DNA of 61,544 bases, taken from contig JBKCTJ010000178.1 in assembly GCA_046318875.1 (NCBI GenBank), positions 1 to 61,544 on the forward strand, read 5' to 3'. A model generated the notes under the pieces. It was not told the DNA's origin and did no database searches. It saw only the letters and a list, made by a program, of their open reading frames with translations. Made by a program: the position numbers and the translations under genes. Position 1 is the stretch's first letter. Every line of letters starts with the position of its first letter. The DNA comes from Pseudobdellovibrionaceae bacterium. Lineage in GTDB: Bacteria; Bdellovibrionota; Bdellovibrionia; Bdellovibrionales; Bdellovibrionaceae. Of the stretch, positions 61,450 through 61,544 are shown piece by piece.

Positions 61450-61544
61450 TTTGCGGTTCCCACTCAAAAAATACAGTTCAAAAGGAACCAGAATCACATC
61501 ATCATGGAACCAGAAATGTGAAAACCTCAAGCTGACCATAAAAC

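Noticed and set aside
61135-61539. A 134-aa minus-strand ORF at the window end.
   Set aside because: It is antisense to the plus-strand 110-aa gene, which has a strong AGGAGGG RBS and continues the brnTA orientation.

Overview
This looks like a tightly packed core-chromosome segment from a low-GC Bdellovibrio-like predatory bacterium. That attribution is an inference from gene content, a Bd0055-type histone and a TIGR02147-type paralog. I support about 60 CDS and one tRNA-Ser(UGA).

Gene content, in order:
- A partial phosphomannomutase, then pdxA and three tandem parvulin (SurA-like) PPIases.
- etfBA, sdhCAB and a secreted S8 protease.
- rpsF, a membrane protein and rplI, convergent with dnaB.
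- queE with a Fis-like gene, then ftsK.
- An LptM-like lipoprotein followed by dapF-dapA-dapB-tal.
- murD, a membrane metallophosphoesterase and ligA.
- gatCAB, a Ppx/GppA phosphatase, a LysM/Pro-rich anchor protein, a PilZ protein and rho.
- rpmE-prfA-prmC-murA, a GYF+TPR giant protein, serS and tRNA-Ser.

I saw no rRNA, CRISPR array, transposase, integrase or prophage genes.

Most notable observations:
1. A 64-aa histone-fold protein at 34974-35168. It appears to be the Bdellovibrio HBb/Bd0055-type bacterial histone.
2. Rho carries an N-terminal extension of about 210 aa that is rich in N, Q, R and P, behind a long leader with a G-free tract.
3. A translationally coupled pair of a 59-aa protein and a minimal nucleotidyltransferase, bracketed by unusually long non-coding spacers.
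4. A cysteine-less CUB-like domain on the S8 protease.
5. An HTH (TIGR02147-like) gene plus an HExxH secreted protein, behind a nested 16-bp palindrome.
6. An islet after tRNA-Ser that looks richer in G+C and carries BrnT/BrnA.

I found no clearly new multi-gene system. All family assignments come from motif reading by eye and need database confirmation.
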